30,211 nt of DNA from Eubacteriales bacterium. GTDB lineage: Bacteria; Bacillota; Clostridia; Oscillospirales; CAG-272. This document shows positions 16,342 through 24,688 of the stretch, piece by piece (position 1 is the first letter of the stretch; each line of letters begins with the position of its first letter). The DNA lies in contig JAZSJE010000135.1 in assembly GCA_045534135.1 (NCBI GenBank), positions 1 to 30,211 of the forward strand. The letters run 5' to 3'. The notes under the pieces are model-generated. The model saw only the letters and a program-made list of their open reading frames with translations, was not told the DNA's origin and did not search any database. The translations under genes and the position numbers were made by a program.

Positions 16342-17421
16342 ATGCTCGACAGAGAGGTCTGGCAGACAAGGGCAGGTAAGCTTACGTGCGCAGCGATAGT
16401 CCTGCTTGGAGTGTACGTTCTTTTCAGATACGGAATGGGGCTTTTAATTCCCTTTTTGTTTGCTTGGGCGATAGCTATTCCCGTGTCCGCGCTAGCGAAA
16501 AGGTCACAAAAGCGATTTGGCGGAAAAAGGCGCGCATGGGTATATTTTTATATGTTCGTTTTCTTTGGCGCTATATTTCTTATAGCTACAGTGATCATAG
16601 GCAAGATCATCGGCGAGGCAGTCGAGTTTCTTACCTATATTTCAGAAAATGGAGATGCGCTTGAGGAAAGTCTTGATAAAATCATGTCGTTGCCGTCTAA
16701 GATCCCGCTTCTTAATAAGCTTGGGCAGATAGACCTTGATGGACTTGGAAGCTATATATCTGGGGCCGCAAAGAGTATAGTTGAACGGATGGCTGCCATG
16801 GGCGGTGAAACGGTGATGTCTGTAATGGGACGAGCAATAGCGGGTACACCGCGAATGCTTATATCGATTGTTGTGGCGGTGCTGTCAAGCGTATATCTGG
16901 CGCTTGATTACGATAATATAAAGGAGTATCTGTACTCGCTCATGTCGGCGGACAGCAGGAGAAGGACTATGGCATTGATAGACAGGATAGGAAAGGGAAT
17001 AAGGGGATATCTGGGTGCCTACGGAAAGATATTTCTTATAACCTTTGGAGAGCTTTATATCGGGCTTTTTCTGCTTGGAAGAAGCTATGCCTTTCTTGTG
17101 GCGATAGCAGTTGCGTTTTTTGATATACTGCCGTTTTTTGGGGCGGGAATGGTGCTCATTCCTTGGAGCATTATCCTTTTTGCAAGCGGTAACTACGGTG
17201 TCGGAGTGGGTATGCTCGTGCTTTTTGGCATTATTGCGGTGGTGCGACAGATAATAGAGCCGAGGCTTATAGGAAAAAGCATAGGAATACACCCGCTGGC
17301 ATCGCTTTTGTCTATGTTTGTGGGATTCAGACTTTTTGGCTTCTGGGGAATGATGATAGCTCCCGTCGCAGTGCTCGTAGCGAAGGAAATACTCGAAAGC
17401 GCAAGAGCAGACGGGCGATGA
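16342..17421 (+). CDS. ytvI: Sporulation integral membrane protein YtvI (AI-2E family)
   Basis: Multiple TM segments; L-x-PFLFAW-x-IA, FDILPFFGAGMVLIPW, VRQIIEPRLIGKSIGIHPL and FG-x-x-GM-x-x-AP motifs. Start set at ATG 16342 (RBS GAGGTG); the track uses 16333. Confidence 0.85.
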   Translation: MLDREVWQTRAGKLTCAAIVLLGVYVLFRYGMGLLIPFLFAWAIAIPVSALAKRSQKRFGGKRRAWVYFYMFVFFGAIFLIATVIIGKIIGEAVEFLTYISENGDALEESLDKIMSLPSKIPLLNKLGQIDLDGLGSYISGAAKSIVERMAAMGGETVMSVMGRAIAGTPRMLISIVVAVLSSVYLALDYDNIKEYLYSLMSADSRRRTMALIDRIGKGIRGYLGAYGKIFLITFGELYIGLFLLGRSYAFLVAIAVAFFDILPFFGAGMVLIPWSIILFASGNYGVGVGMLVLFGIIAVVRQIIEPRLIGKSIGIHPLASLLSMFVGFRLFGFWGMMIAPVAVLVAKEILESARADGR

Positions 17422-17428
17422 GATAATA

Positions 17429-17462
17429 AAAAAGCACATAGTCAAAAGGCTATGTGCTTTTT
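17429..17462 (+). terminator. Intrinsic terminator after ytvI
   Basis: AAAAAGCACATAGTC - AAAA - GGCTATGTGCTTTTT (one G-U pair). Confidence 0.85.
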
Positions 17463-17577
17463 GGATTAAACGTGTTAAAAGGTGTCCGATTCGACTTATA
17501 TCAAAGGAAACAGAGCTTCATTACACTATTACTTATTACTTTGCCAAATCTCCGAGTTAGTGAGGAGTGAAAAAAGT

Positions 17578-17607
17578 AAATCCCCAAGGACAAGTCCTCG
17601 GGGATTT
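17578..17607 (-). terminator. Intrinsic terminator abutting the tRNA 3' end
   Basis: Minus strand AAATCCCCGAGGA - CTTG - TCCTTGGGGATTT followed by ACTTTTTT. Confidence 0.8.
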
Positions 17608-17681
17608 GGCTGGGATGGCCGGATTTGAACCGACGAGTGCCAGAGTCAAAGTCTGGTGCCTTACCGCTTGGCGACATCCCA
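17607..17681 (-). tRNA. tRNA-Gln (anticodon UUG), CCA encoded
   Basis: TGGGATGTCGCCAAGCGGTAAGGCACCAGACTTTGACTCTGGCACTCGTCGGTTCAAATCCGGCCATCCCAGCCA: 7-bp acceptor stem, anticodon stem CCAGA/TCTGG around CT-TTG-AC, GTTCAAATC T-loop, 75 nt. Confidence 0.98.
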
Positions 17682-17698
17682 ATAAAATACCGACAGTT

Positions 17699-17727
17699 AT
17701 TATACCACACATCTTTTCCGCTGTCAA
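17699..17727 (-). promoter_or_regulatory. Consensus sigma-A promoter for tRNA-Gln
   Basis: Minus strand TTGACA (17727-17722) - 17 nt - TATAAT (17704-17699) with TGn. Confidence 0.88.
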
Positions 17728-17829
17728 GTTTTTTTGATTTTATTTTCTAAAAGCTTTATATGAATGATAGATGTATGTTGATCGGTGCTATGTGCATTGC
17801 TTTTAAAGCTGTGAATTTTAAAAGAGCAG

Positions 17830-17858
17830 TTGCATTTTGGTGTAAAAAATAGTATAAT
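17830..17858 (+). promoter_or_regulatory. Sigma-A-type promoter for HAD-murB-whiA
   Basis: TTGCAT (17830-17835) - 17 nt - TATAAT (17853-17858). Confidence 0.72.
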
Positions 17859-17885
17859 GTATATATAAACTGTTAAGGAGTGCAT

Positions 17886-18572
17886 ATGAGATACGATACC
17901 GTGCTTTTTGATGCGGACGGAACGCTTCTTGATTTTGCGAGAAGCGAGAGAGAGGCGCTTTGCGACATGCTTCGCTTTTATGGAATAGATCCGAGCGATG
18001 AGCAGATCAGCACATACAGCGAGATAAATGACAGACTTTGGAAAATGCTTGAGCGCAAGGAGATAGAGCGCAGCGTGCTGACCTATCACCGATTTGAGCT
18101 TTTCGCTCAGAAATTCGGTTATTCATTTGACGCTAAGGATGCCGCCGCAAGATATCTGGATATTATTTCAACCAAGGGATACATGCTCGATGGGGCAGAG
18201 CAGATGCTTGAGAGCCTTCTTGGAAAGGTTAGAATGTATATTGTTACCAACGGTGCCGCAAAGGTGCAGAGGGGACGCTATGCCCGCACGGGTATAGCAA
18301 AATATTTTGACGGAATTTTTATATCCGAGCTGATAGGCTTTAATAAGCCCGACGTGCGGTATTTTGATGCGATCGTGAGCGAGATACCCGCTTTTGATAA
18401 GAGCAAAACGATCATAGTAGGAGATTCACTCAGCTCTGATATAAAGGGCGGATGTAATTTCGGTATAGATACCTGCTGGTATACTCCCGACGCTGATAAA
18501 AACGGCGGCAGCGATCTGCCTACGTATACCGCTGTGAATTATAGTGAGGTAATAGATATAATTTTGGACTAA
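17886..18572 (+). CDS. HAD-superfamily hydrolase, YjjG-type noncanonical pyrimidine nucleotidase
   Basis: FDADGTLLDF, IVTNG, KP and GDSLSSDIKGG motifs; start at ATG 17886 after AAGGAG. Confidence 0.88.
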   Translation: MRYDTVLFDADGTLLDFARSEREALCDMLRFYGIDPSDEQISTYSEINDRLWKMLERKEIERSVLTYHRFELFAQKFGYSFDAKDAAARYLDIISTKGYMLDGAEQMLESLLGKVRMYIVTNGAAKVQRGRYARTGIAKYFDGIFISELIGFNKPDVRYFDAIVSEIPAFDKSKTIIVGDSLSSDIKGGCNFGIDTCWYTPDADKNGGSDLPTYTAVNYSEVIDIILD

Positions 18573-18585
18573 GGAGGAACGTGCT

Positions 18586-19485
18586 ATGGAATGGGGCGGC
18601 TTGATCGACCTTCTGAAAAGTGAAGATATAGCTTATGCGGAAAATAAATGTGTAGCTTCCTATTCCAGCTTTAAGGTTGGCGGTAAGGTAAGGATAGCGC
18701 TGTTTCCCGATACGAAGGAAAAGCTGATAGCACTGCTTGACTCGCTCAGAGCGGGTGATTACAGATACGAGATTATAGGTAACGCCAGCAATATACTTTT
18801 TGCCTTTGATCACTTTGACGGAGTATTTGTTTTTACGGGCGGAGTAGCTGCCATAGAGGTGGATAAGGAGAAAACATATGCCGATTGCGGAGTGTCGCTT
18901 ATTGCTCTTTCGAGAGCTGCGGCTGACAGCTCTCTTTCGGGGCTTGAGTTTGCTTACGGTATCCCGGGGCTTGTCGGAGGATCGGTCTATATGAATGCGG
19001 GGGCATACGGCTCTCAGATATCCGATGTGCTTGAATACAGTGATGCATTTGATATGAGCAGCGGAGAGATAAAGCGTATTTGCGATCACGCGTTTTCCTA
19101 TCGCGACAGCATATATATGCAAAACAAAAACCTTGTCTGCCTTGGCGCCCGTTTTGTCCTGAAAAAGGGAGATGAAGAAAAAATACGCGCTCTGATGGCA
19201 GAAAATATGGCATCAAGGCGAGAGAAGCAACCTATCGAGTATCCCAGCGCGGGAAGCTATTTTAAGCGGCCTGAAGGGAATTTTGCGGGAAAGCTTATAG
19301 AGGATTGCGGACTTAAGGGAAAGAGAATAGGTGGTGCTGAGGTATCGAGTAAGCATGCGGGATTTATAATAAATCGCGGTGGAGCGACCTTTGGCGATAT
19401 TCTCGAGCTTGAAGAAAAAATAAAGGAGAGCGTTATGAAGCGATTCGGTGTGGAGCTGGAGCGTGAGGTAAGGCTTATAAGATAA
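18586..19485 (+). CDS. murB: UDP-N-acetylenolpyruvoylglucosamine reductase
   Basis: SFKVGG, GNASNIL, GIPGLVGGSVYMNAGAYG, YRDS, QP-x-x-YPSAGSYFKRP, KHAGFIIN and LEREV motifs. Confidence 0.97.
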   Translation: MEWGGLIDLLKSEDIAYAENKCVASYSSFKVGGKVRIALFPDTKEKLIALLDSLRAGDYRYEIIGNASNILFAFDHFDGVFVFTGGVAAIEVDKEKTYADCGVSLIALSRAAADSSLSGLEFAYGIPGLVGGSVYMNAGAYGSQISDVLEYSDAFDMSSGEIKRICDHAFSYRDSIYMQNKNLVCLGARFVLKKGDEEKIRALMAENMASRREKQPIEYPSAGSYFKRPEGNFAGKLIEDCGLKGKRIGGAEVSSKHAGFIINRGGATFGDILELEEKIKESVMKRFGVELEREVRLIR

Positions 19486-19488
19486 GTT

Positions 19489-20409
19489 ATGTCATTTACT
19501 GATGAGGTCGTAATGGAGCTTTTGGAAGCGGAGCAGGGTAGGACCTGCTGTAGAAAAGCGCTTCTTTTTGGACTTTTCTTCGGTGCGTCTACCGAGAAAA
19601 ACAATATAATAAATGCGGATTTTCGCTCGCAGGAGATAGCAAACGCGGCAGCGGAGATCCTCAAAAAGCAATTTTCCTCAGCTCCCGAGGTGCTTGCGGT
19701 AAAGCGCGCGGGAAGAACAATGTGGAGAGTCAGGGCGACTACTAAGGCATTGTCCGCTTTTTTGCAAAACACGGATAGGGAGGACGATGGGCAGTCGCTT
19801 TCAGGATTAGTTGGATTCAGATGCGATGCTTGCGCACGTAGCTTTTTGCGAGGTGTTTTTGTGTCCTCGGGAAGCATCAACGATCCTAAAAAGGGTTATC
19901 ATCTGGAGCTCTCAATAAACGGCGCAAGGCGTGCCGAGCGAGTCAAGCGATTTCTTTCTGACGAGCTTATTGAACCAAAGACAGTGCAAAGAGCGTCAAA
20001 AATAGGCTTGTATTATAAGAAAAATATGCAGATAGCGGATATTCTTTATTATCTTGGCGCAATGCAGAGCGGATTTGATTTTTCTAACGTTTGTATAGAG
20101 AGGGATATAAGGAACATTGAAAACAGAGCTACAAACTGTGTGGCAAGAAACATATCGCGCGCGGTGGAGGCATCGTTAAGACAAGCAGAGGCAATAGAGC
20201 TGCTTGAACGCTCCGGAAAGATGCCAAAGCTTGGCGAGGAGCTGCGCTATACGGCACGGCTACGGCTTGAAAACCCCTCGATGTCCTTGACCGAGCTTGC
20301 TCTTTTGCATGATCCGCCGATATCAAAATCGGGACTTAACCGTCGACTTGTGAAGATCTTGGAGGAAGCGGAGCTGCTGAGAACGGGAAAAGAAAAGGCA
20401 GAGAATTAA
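19489..20409 (+). CDS. whiA: DNA-binding protein WhiA
   Basis: MSFTDEV, FLRGVF-x-x-SGSINDPKKGYHLE, N-x-x-TANI-like (NRATNCVARNISRAV), LRL-x-NP-x-x-SL-x-EL and SKSGLN-x-RL motifs. Confidence 0.93.
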   Translation: MSFTDEVVMELLEAEQGRTCCRKALLFGLFFGASTEKNNIINADFRSQEIANAAAEILKKQFSSAPEVLAVKRAGRTMWRVRATTKALSAFLQNTDREDDGQSLSGLVGFRCDACARSFLRGVFVSSGSINDPKKGYHLELSINGARRAERVKRFLSDELIEPKTVQRASKIGLYYKKNMQIADILYYLGAMQSGFDFSNVCIERDIRNIENRATNCVARNISRAVEASLRQAEAIELLERSGKMPKLGEELRYTARLRLENPSMSLTELALLHDPPISKSGLNRRLVKILEEAELLRTGKEKAEN

Positions 20410-20423
20410 AATTCTCTGCCTTT
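20394..20423. terminator. Bidirectional terminator between whiA and the convergent 628-aa gene
   Basis: AAAGGCAGAGAAT - TAAA - ATTCTCTGCCTTT; overlaps the whiA stop codon. Confidence 0.8.
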
Positions 20424-20441
20424 ATTATTTTGCTTGATCTA

Positions 20442-22328
20442 TTAGTTTGCGGGAGCTGCTGCTGTGCTGCTGAATCCGGGAATTCTGCATGGACCCTCGG
20501 CAACATTTGAAAAATCGGTTCCGTCTGTGGTGTAGAACAGGTAATCCTTGCCCGCCTTATCCTTGATGTAAATGTAACCCTTATTTCCGCTTCCCATCTT
20601 TACGGTAGGAGCTACAGCGGGAGTTGCGTCCTCAAACTCTGCTATCTCTGCGGTAGCACTTTCGGTAGCTATATATATTACCGTATTGCCCTTTGCATCA
20701 GTCTTAGAGAAGAAGATGGAATCTGCACACTGGGACATGGAATTGATATCAACCTTTGAGTCGACCGTCAAAGGCTTTCCTGTAGAGGAATCATAGTAAG
20801 AGATATATCCAAGGTTACTTCCACCGTTACGCATGATGTAGAGATCGCCGTTTTCAATAATGCAGAAGCTGTGTATGAAGTTCATAACAGTTTTTGAGTC
20901 CTTTGCGTAATTGTCGCTGTCAAGAGGTGTACGCATAAGGTTTGTGGTGGTCTTGTCCACATAGTAGAAATATTCGTTATCGGGAGAGAACTGACCCTTT
21001 GCGTCTGCGATCTTCTTTGTGCCTGCTTCTGTGAGAACAAAGGTCGCTTCAACCTGCTCTGTCGTAGGATCGCCTTCCTCGTCAAGCGTGGTGACCTCTC
21101 TGTCGCACTCAAAATAGGTGTCGATAAAGGTTTCGGGACATGCGATTCCGTTGCCTGTGTATACGGGGGTGAAGGTTCCCTCACCGAGAAGTATAGGCTT
21201 CTGCGCGCCGATCTGATAGAGGTAAGTGGATACGGTCGTAGGACCGTCCTCGTAGGATTCCTTCTTAGTAGCGAAGATTATCTCTGTTCCGTCAACGTTG
21301 ATACCGTTAATGTCATCGAGAGCACCGTAGGAGTTGAGAGATGCGACTGTGCCACCGCTGAAGGTTTCACCCTGGTCCTCAGTATAAACGTATACGAGGG
21401 ACTGCGTGGTGAATACGTCCTCATCAATGTCATAGCCCGAGTATTTGATTCCGTAGATGTAAGAGCCGTCCATGGACATCTTGACGGGAGTAAAGTCATT
21501 TGCGGGAGTTACGGGAAGTGAAATTCCGTCACTGAAGTAGTAGAGGTATGTGTGGTTATTGCTTGCATCGGTAGTGGTGTAAGCAACGGTGTTTGCGTCG
21601 CCCGAGATGAAGAAGTTTTTAGGTGTGATCCCCATGGAAGCGTTAGTACCGATTATGGGGAATTCCTCATCGAGAGTGTAGTGCATATAGAACTGATCGT
21701 CTCTGTAGATGATACCGGGCTCGTAGTCTGCGTAAGCGATAACCTCATCGGCAATCACGCGGACCTTTTCAAGCTCGTCGTCCTGGAGAATGTACATTTC
21801 AATTCCTGAGTCAGTGCCGTTAGCTACCTTGACTTCTACATATGCAAAAGCACCGTTAGCGGAGGGAGTAAGCTTTACTTCACCGCTGAAGGTCTCCTCA
21901 AGCACCTCACCGTTGGAAACTATGTGATATTTGCCCTTTGCGTCAACGAAGGTAGCGAATACATTGTCACTTGCTTCGAAGTTTTCAAAGGATGAACCGC
22001 AGGAGGATGTAAAGGCTATGGGTAAAATGATAGCCAGAGCCAAGACTACTGCCGCGATTATAATGATCGGACGCCAATTGAGCTGAGAAGAAGGTCTTCT
22101 TCTGCGTCTTTGAGGCGGTCTTTGAGATCCCTGTGAGGGTCTTTCCTGCCTGGGAGGAGCAGTTCTTTGCTGCTTCTCTGCGGATGCTGAGCCGAATGAG
22201 TTGAAATCGTCATCGGCTGAGTGCTCGGATCTGGTGAGAAAATCTTTTATTTTCGAGCGGGTAGAGCCCGTGTGAGCGTCCGCTCCGGCGGTCGCAAAAG
22301 CGGGGCGCATATTGTTTCTAAAAAGCAT
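20442..22328 (-). CDS. Hypothetical single-pass membrane protein with a large acidic, beta-rich extracellular region
   Basis: 628-aa ORF with RBS GGAGGT; low-complexity P/Q/R N-terminus, TM helix (IIIIAAVVLALAIILPIAF), then spaced ISGDA/MSMDG/FSPDN-type turns; consistent codon bias. Confidence 0.85.
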   Translation of the reverse strand: MLFRNNMRPAFATAGADAHTGSTRSKIKDFLTRSEHSADDDFNSFGSASAEKQQRTAPPRQERPSQGSQRPPQRRRRRPSSQLNWRPIIIIAAVVLALAIILPIAFTSSCGSSFENFEASDNVFATFVDAKGKYHIVSNGEVLEETFSGEVKLTPSANGAFAYVEVKVANGTDSGIEMYILQDDELEKVRVIADEVIAYADYEPGIIYRDDQFYMHYTLDEEFPIIGTNASMGITPKNFFISGDANTVAYTTTDASNNHTYLYYFSDGISLPVTPANDFTPVKMSMDGSYIYGIKYSGYDIDEDVFTTQSLVYVYTEDQGETFSGGTVASLNSYGALDDINGINVDGTEIIFATKKESYEDGPTTVSTYLYQIGAQKPILLGEGTFTPVYTGNGIACPETFIDTYFECDREVTTLDEEGDPTTEQVEATFVLTEAGTKKIADAKGQFSPDNEYFYYVDKTTTNLMRTPLDSDNYAKDSKTVMNFIHSFCIIENGDLYIMRNGGSNLGYISYYDSSTGKPLTVDSKVDINSMSQCADSIFFSKTDAKGNTVIYIATESATAEIAEFEDATPAVAPTVKMGSGNKGYIYIKDKAGKDYLFYTTDGTDFSNVAEGPCRIPGFSSTAAAPAN

Positions 22329-22379
22329 AATATACCTCCGTGGAGTATGAAAAATATATACAGTTACACATGATAATAT

Positions 22380-22408
22380 ATTTTAACATAATGTAGTAAG
22401 ATAAACAA
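22380..22408 (-). promoter_or_regulatory. Possible extended -10 sigma-A promoter for the 628-aa gene
   Basis: Minus strand TTGTTT - 17 nt - TAAAAT with TGn; weak -35, AT-rich context. Confidence 0.4.
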
Positions 22409-22555
22409 CAATATATTATTAAAAAACTATTAACAAACTGTGAATGATAACAATATATAGTGATATTTTTTGTGGTACGACACAGTATTTTGCGTTCTTT
22501 GACTGATCGCGTACAATGCAAAATAAGGAGTAGCGTCTTTTGTTTTTGGATTTGA

Positions 22556-22585
22556 GTAATATTATCCGATGCTCCCGCATAGTAT
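22556..22585 (+). promoter_or_regulatory. Sigma-E-type promoter for the spoIIIA operon
   Basis: GTAATA (22556-22561) - 16 nt - CATAGTAT (22578-22585); spoIIIA is a known sigma-E operon. Confidence 0.7.
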
Positions 22586-22621
22586 TTTACAAAGCAGAAA
22601 AGGAAAAAGGCAGGAAGAAAA

Positions 22622-23608
22622 ATGTCGACTGTTATCAATCAAAGAAAATCGGTAGTTAGTCCTTGTCGGACAAGCGAAATAAATGAGCGCCTGGAGAGCT
22701 TTTTGCCCTCTCACTTGCTTTCTGAGATCGAGTATGTGCGAAGGAGCCTTGCGGCAAATGAGCGGATAGAGGAGATACGGCTAAGAAGCGGAAGAAGGGC
22801 TTATCTGACATTGGGCGGAACGTATAGACGTAATCTCGCGCTAAAGGGAGCTACCGACGCGTCCGAGCTTACACACGTTCTTGACCGTATGTGCGACGGC
22901 TCACTTTATGCCTATGGAGAGAGTATTAAGCGCGGATATATTTCACTTGACGGAGGAATAAGAGTAGGAGTGTGCGGACGCGCCTCGGTGGAGGGTGGAA
23001 GAATACTTGGGATATACGATATTTCCGCTCTTAACATAAGGCTACCGTGCGGCAGAGTGAGCATTGACAAATGCTTTTTGAATAGAATACGCAGAAGTGT
23101 GGAAATGGGTGAGGGTGTACTTATTTACTCGCCGCCTGCGGAGGGAAAGACTACTTTTTTACGCAGCCTTGCGCTATCCTTAGCTGAGGGAGAGAATGCG
23201 CTCAGGGTTTGCGTTGTGGATACCCGTGACGAACTGGCTGCGTTTGAAGGCGAGGCGTCTGCGTCACTTGATATTTTGTCGGGATATCCGAAGGCTGAGG
23301 GAATACGGATAGCCACCGCGTTTATGAATCCTCAGGTCATAATATGCGACGAGATAGGTGATCTTAGCGAGGCGGAGGCTATCGTGGATGCTCAGAATTG
23401 CGGTGTTCCGCTTATAGCCTCGTCGCATGGCAGAAGTGTTGAGGGGTTGCTGCTAAGGCAGGGAATGAATAAGCTGCACAGCGTAGGCGCGTTTGGCCTT
23501 TACGTCGGCATACGGATAGGAGGTCTTGGTGGAAGCTTTGAATATAAGACTCAGTGTAGAAAGGAGATAGGCTTTGAGAATGATAGGGATCGTGCTTCTA
23601 TGTCTTAG
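22622..23608 (+). CDS. spoIIIAA: Stage III sporulation protein AA (ATPase)
   Basis: IEEIRLR, SLYAY-x-E-x-I-x-x-GYI, RVGVCG, Walker A SPPAEGKTT, VD-x-R-x-ELA, Walker B IICDEIG; first gene of an 8-gene operon. Confidence 0.92.
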   Translation: MSTVINQRKSVVSPCRTSEINERLESFLPSHLLSEIEYVRRSLAANERIEEIRLRSGRRAYLTLGGTYRRNLALKGATDASELTHVLDRMCDGSLYAYGESIKRGYISLDGGIRVGVCGRASVEGGRILGIYDISALNIRLPCGRVSIDKCFLNRIRRSVEMGEGVLIYSPPAEGKTTFLRSLALSLAEGENALRVCVVDTRDELAAFEGEASASLDILSGYPKAEGIRIATAFMNPQVIICDEIGDLSEAEAIVDAQNCGVPLIASSHGRSVEGLLLRQGMNKLHSVGAFGLYVGIRIGGLGGSFEYKTQCRKEIGFENDRDRASMS

Positions 23609-24044
23609 CGGATTATGGCTCTCAAGGCTCTTGATCAAGCGTGAAGAAGAAAAGGTCAGGTGTGTCAGCAGCTTGGTGCATCTGATGGAGAGCGCCAAGA
23701 CCGCGGTTGAAAATTACTCCATGACGGCATCGCAGATACTTAGTTCGGTTGGTGAAGATCTGATCAGGGCTTGTGGATACCGTGCGAGCTTTTTGCCTAA
23801 AAGCTTTTTGGAGATGAGCGAAAATTGCGATATTGCGGACGAGGAAAGCAGAAATGCCTTTTGTGAGTTCTCACGTGATTTTGGAAAAAATTACAGATCG
23901 GCTCAGGCGAAGAAGTGTGAGGAGTGTCTGACAAGGCTCAAGATCAGGGAATCTGAGCTTGCCGAGCAGCTAATACCGAAAAAAAGACTTATAAGGAGTG
24001 TGTGTATCTCGCTTTCCTTGCTTGCGGTGATATTGCTTTTGTGA
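23574..24044 (+). CDS. spoIIIAB: Stage III sporulation protein AB (divergent)
   Basis: Operon position, N- and C-terminal TM helices, FG-x-x-Y-x-x-x-Q pattern; TTG start with RBS AAGGAG. Confidence 0.72.
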   Translation: MRMIGIVLLCLSGLWLSRLLIKREEEKVRCVSSLVHLMESAKTAVENYSMTASQILSSVGEDLIRACGYRASFLPKSFLEMSENCDIADEESRNAFCEFSRDFGKNYRSAQAKKCEECLTRLKIRESELAEQLIPKKRLIRSVCISLSLLAVILLL

Positions 24045-24057
24045 TTAAGGATTGGAT

Positions 24058-24252
24058 ATGGAAATAGGACTTATACTGAAAATAGCGGGAATAGGAATAC
24101 TTGTTTCGATCATTTCATCGATCCTTACGAAATCGGGTAAGGACGAGCAGGCTATGATGGTAAGCGTAGCGGGAATAATTGTAGTAATGGTGATGCTCGT
24201 TGAGGAAATAGGCACACTGTTTGAAGCTATACAGACTGTATTCGGATTGTGA
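24058..24252 (+). CDS. spoIIIAC: Stage III sporulation protein AC
   Basis: MEIGLILKIAGIGILV...L-x-KSGK-x-EQA...AG; ATG 24058 after AAGGA. Confidence 0.92.
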   Translation: MEIGLILKIAGIGILVSIISSILTKSGKDEQAMMVSVAGIIVVMVMLVEEIGTLFEAIQTVFGL

Positions 24253-24253
24253 T

Positions 24254-24676
24254 ATGGATCATATAACTGAGCTTTTTAGAGTGTGCGGGATCGCAATGCT
24301 CAGCACGATAGCATTGGCTGTGGTCGGAAGACTTTCGGGCAACGCGGGGATTTCTTTGCGTATAGGCGGAGGGGTGTTGATATTTGGCATTCTTGTTTTG
24401 CTTATTCGTGAAAATATATCCGCTCTTGAGGATATACTTAGTCTTTGGCGATACGGTGAAGGAGGCTTCATCGGGGAGGCCTTTTCTCTCATGCTTAAGG
24501 CATTGGGGGTCGCATTGCTCAGCAAGTTTTGTGCTGACGTTTGCCGCGATTGCGGAGAGGGAACTCTTGCGGGAGGAGTAGAAAGCGTGGGACGAGTGGT
24601 AATGGTATCGCTTTGCTTACCGTTGCTCGCGAAAATTTTGGACAAGGCTGCCCAAATGTTGGATATGGGCTTTTGA
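24254..24676 (+). CDS. spoIIIAD: Stage III sporulation protein AD
   Basis: MLKALGVA-x-L-x-x-F-x-ADVCRDCGE-x-x-LA-x-x-VE-x-x-GR motif; ATG 24254 directly after the AC stop. Confidence 0.88.
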   Translation: MDHITELFRVCGIAMLSTIALAVVGRLSGNAGISLRIGGGVLIFGILVLLIRENISALEDILSLWRYGEGGFIGEAFSLMLKALGVALLSKFCADVCRDCGEGTLAGGVESVGRVVMVSLCLPLLAKILDKAAQMLDMGF

Positions 24677-24688
24677 GGGACGGACAAA

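Noticed and set aside
17607-17681. tRNA-Gln as attachment site of an integrated island
   Set aside because: No integrase, no duplicated tRNA 3' end in the window, and the flanking genes are core genes.
17501-17710. 69-aa minus-strand ORF in the track
   Set aside because: It overlaps the tRNA-Gln promoter, gene and terminator, so it is a shadow ORF.
22381-22408. TTATGTTAAAA on the minus strand resembling the XerD arm of a dif site
   Set aside because: The 11 bp where the XerC arm should lie (TTGTTTATCTT) bear no resemblance; the match coincides with a likely extended -10 in AT-rich DNA.
22439-22452. cre-like sequence TGTGAATGATAACA
   Set aside because: It lacks the highly conserved central CG and lies in an AT-rich region where chance matches are expected.
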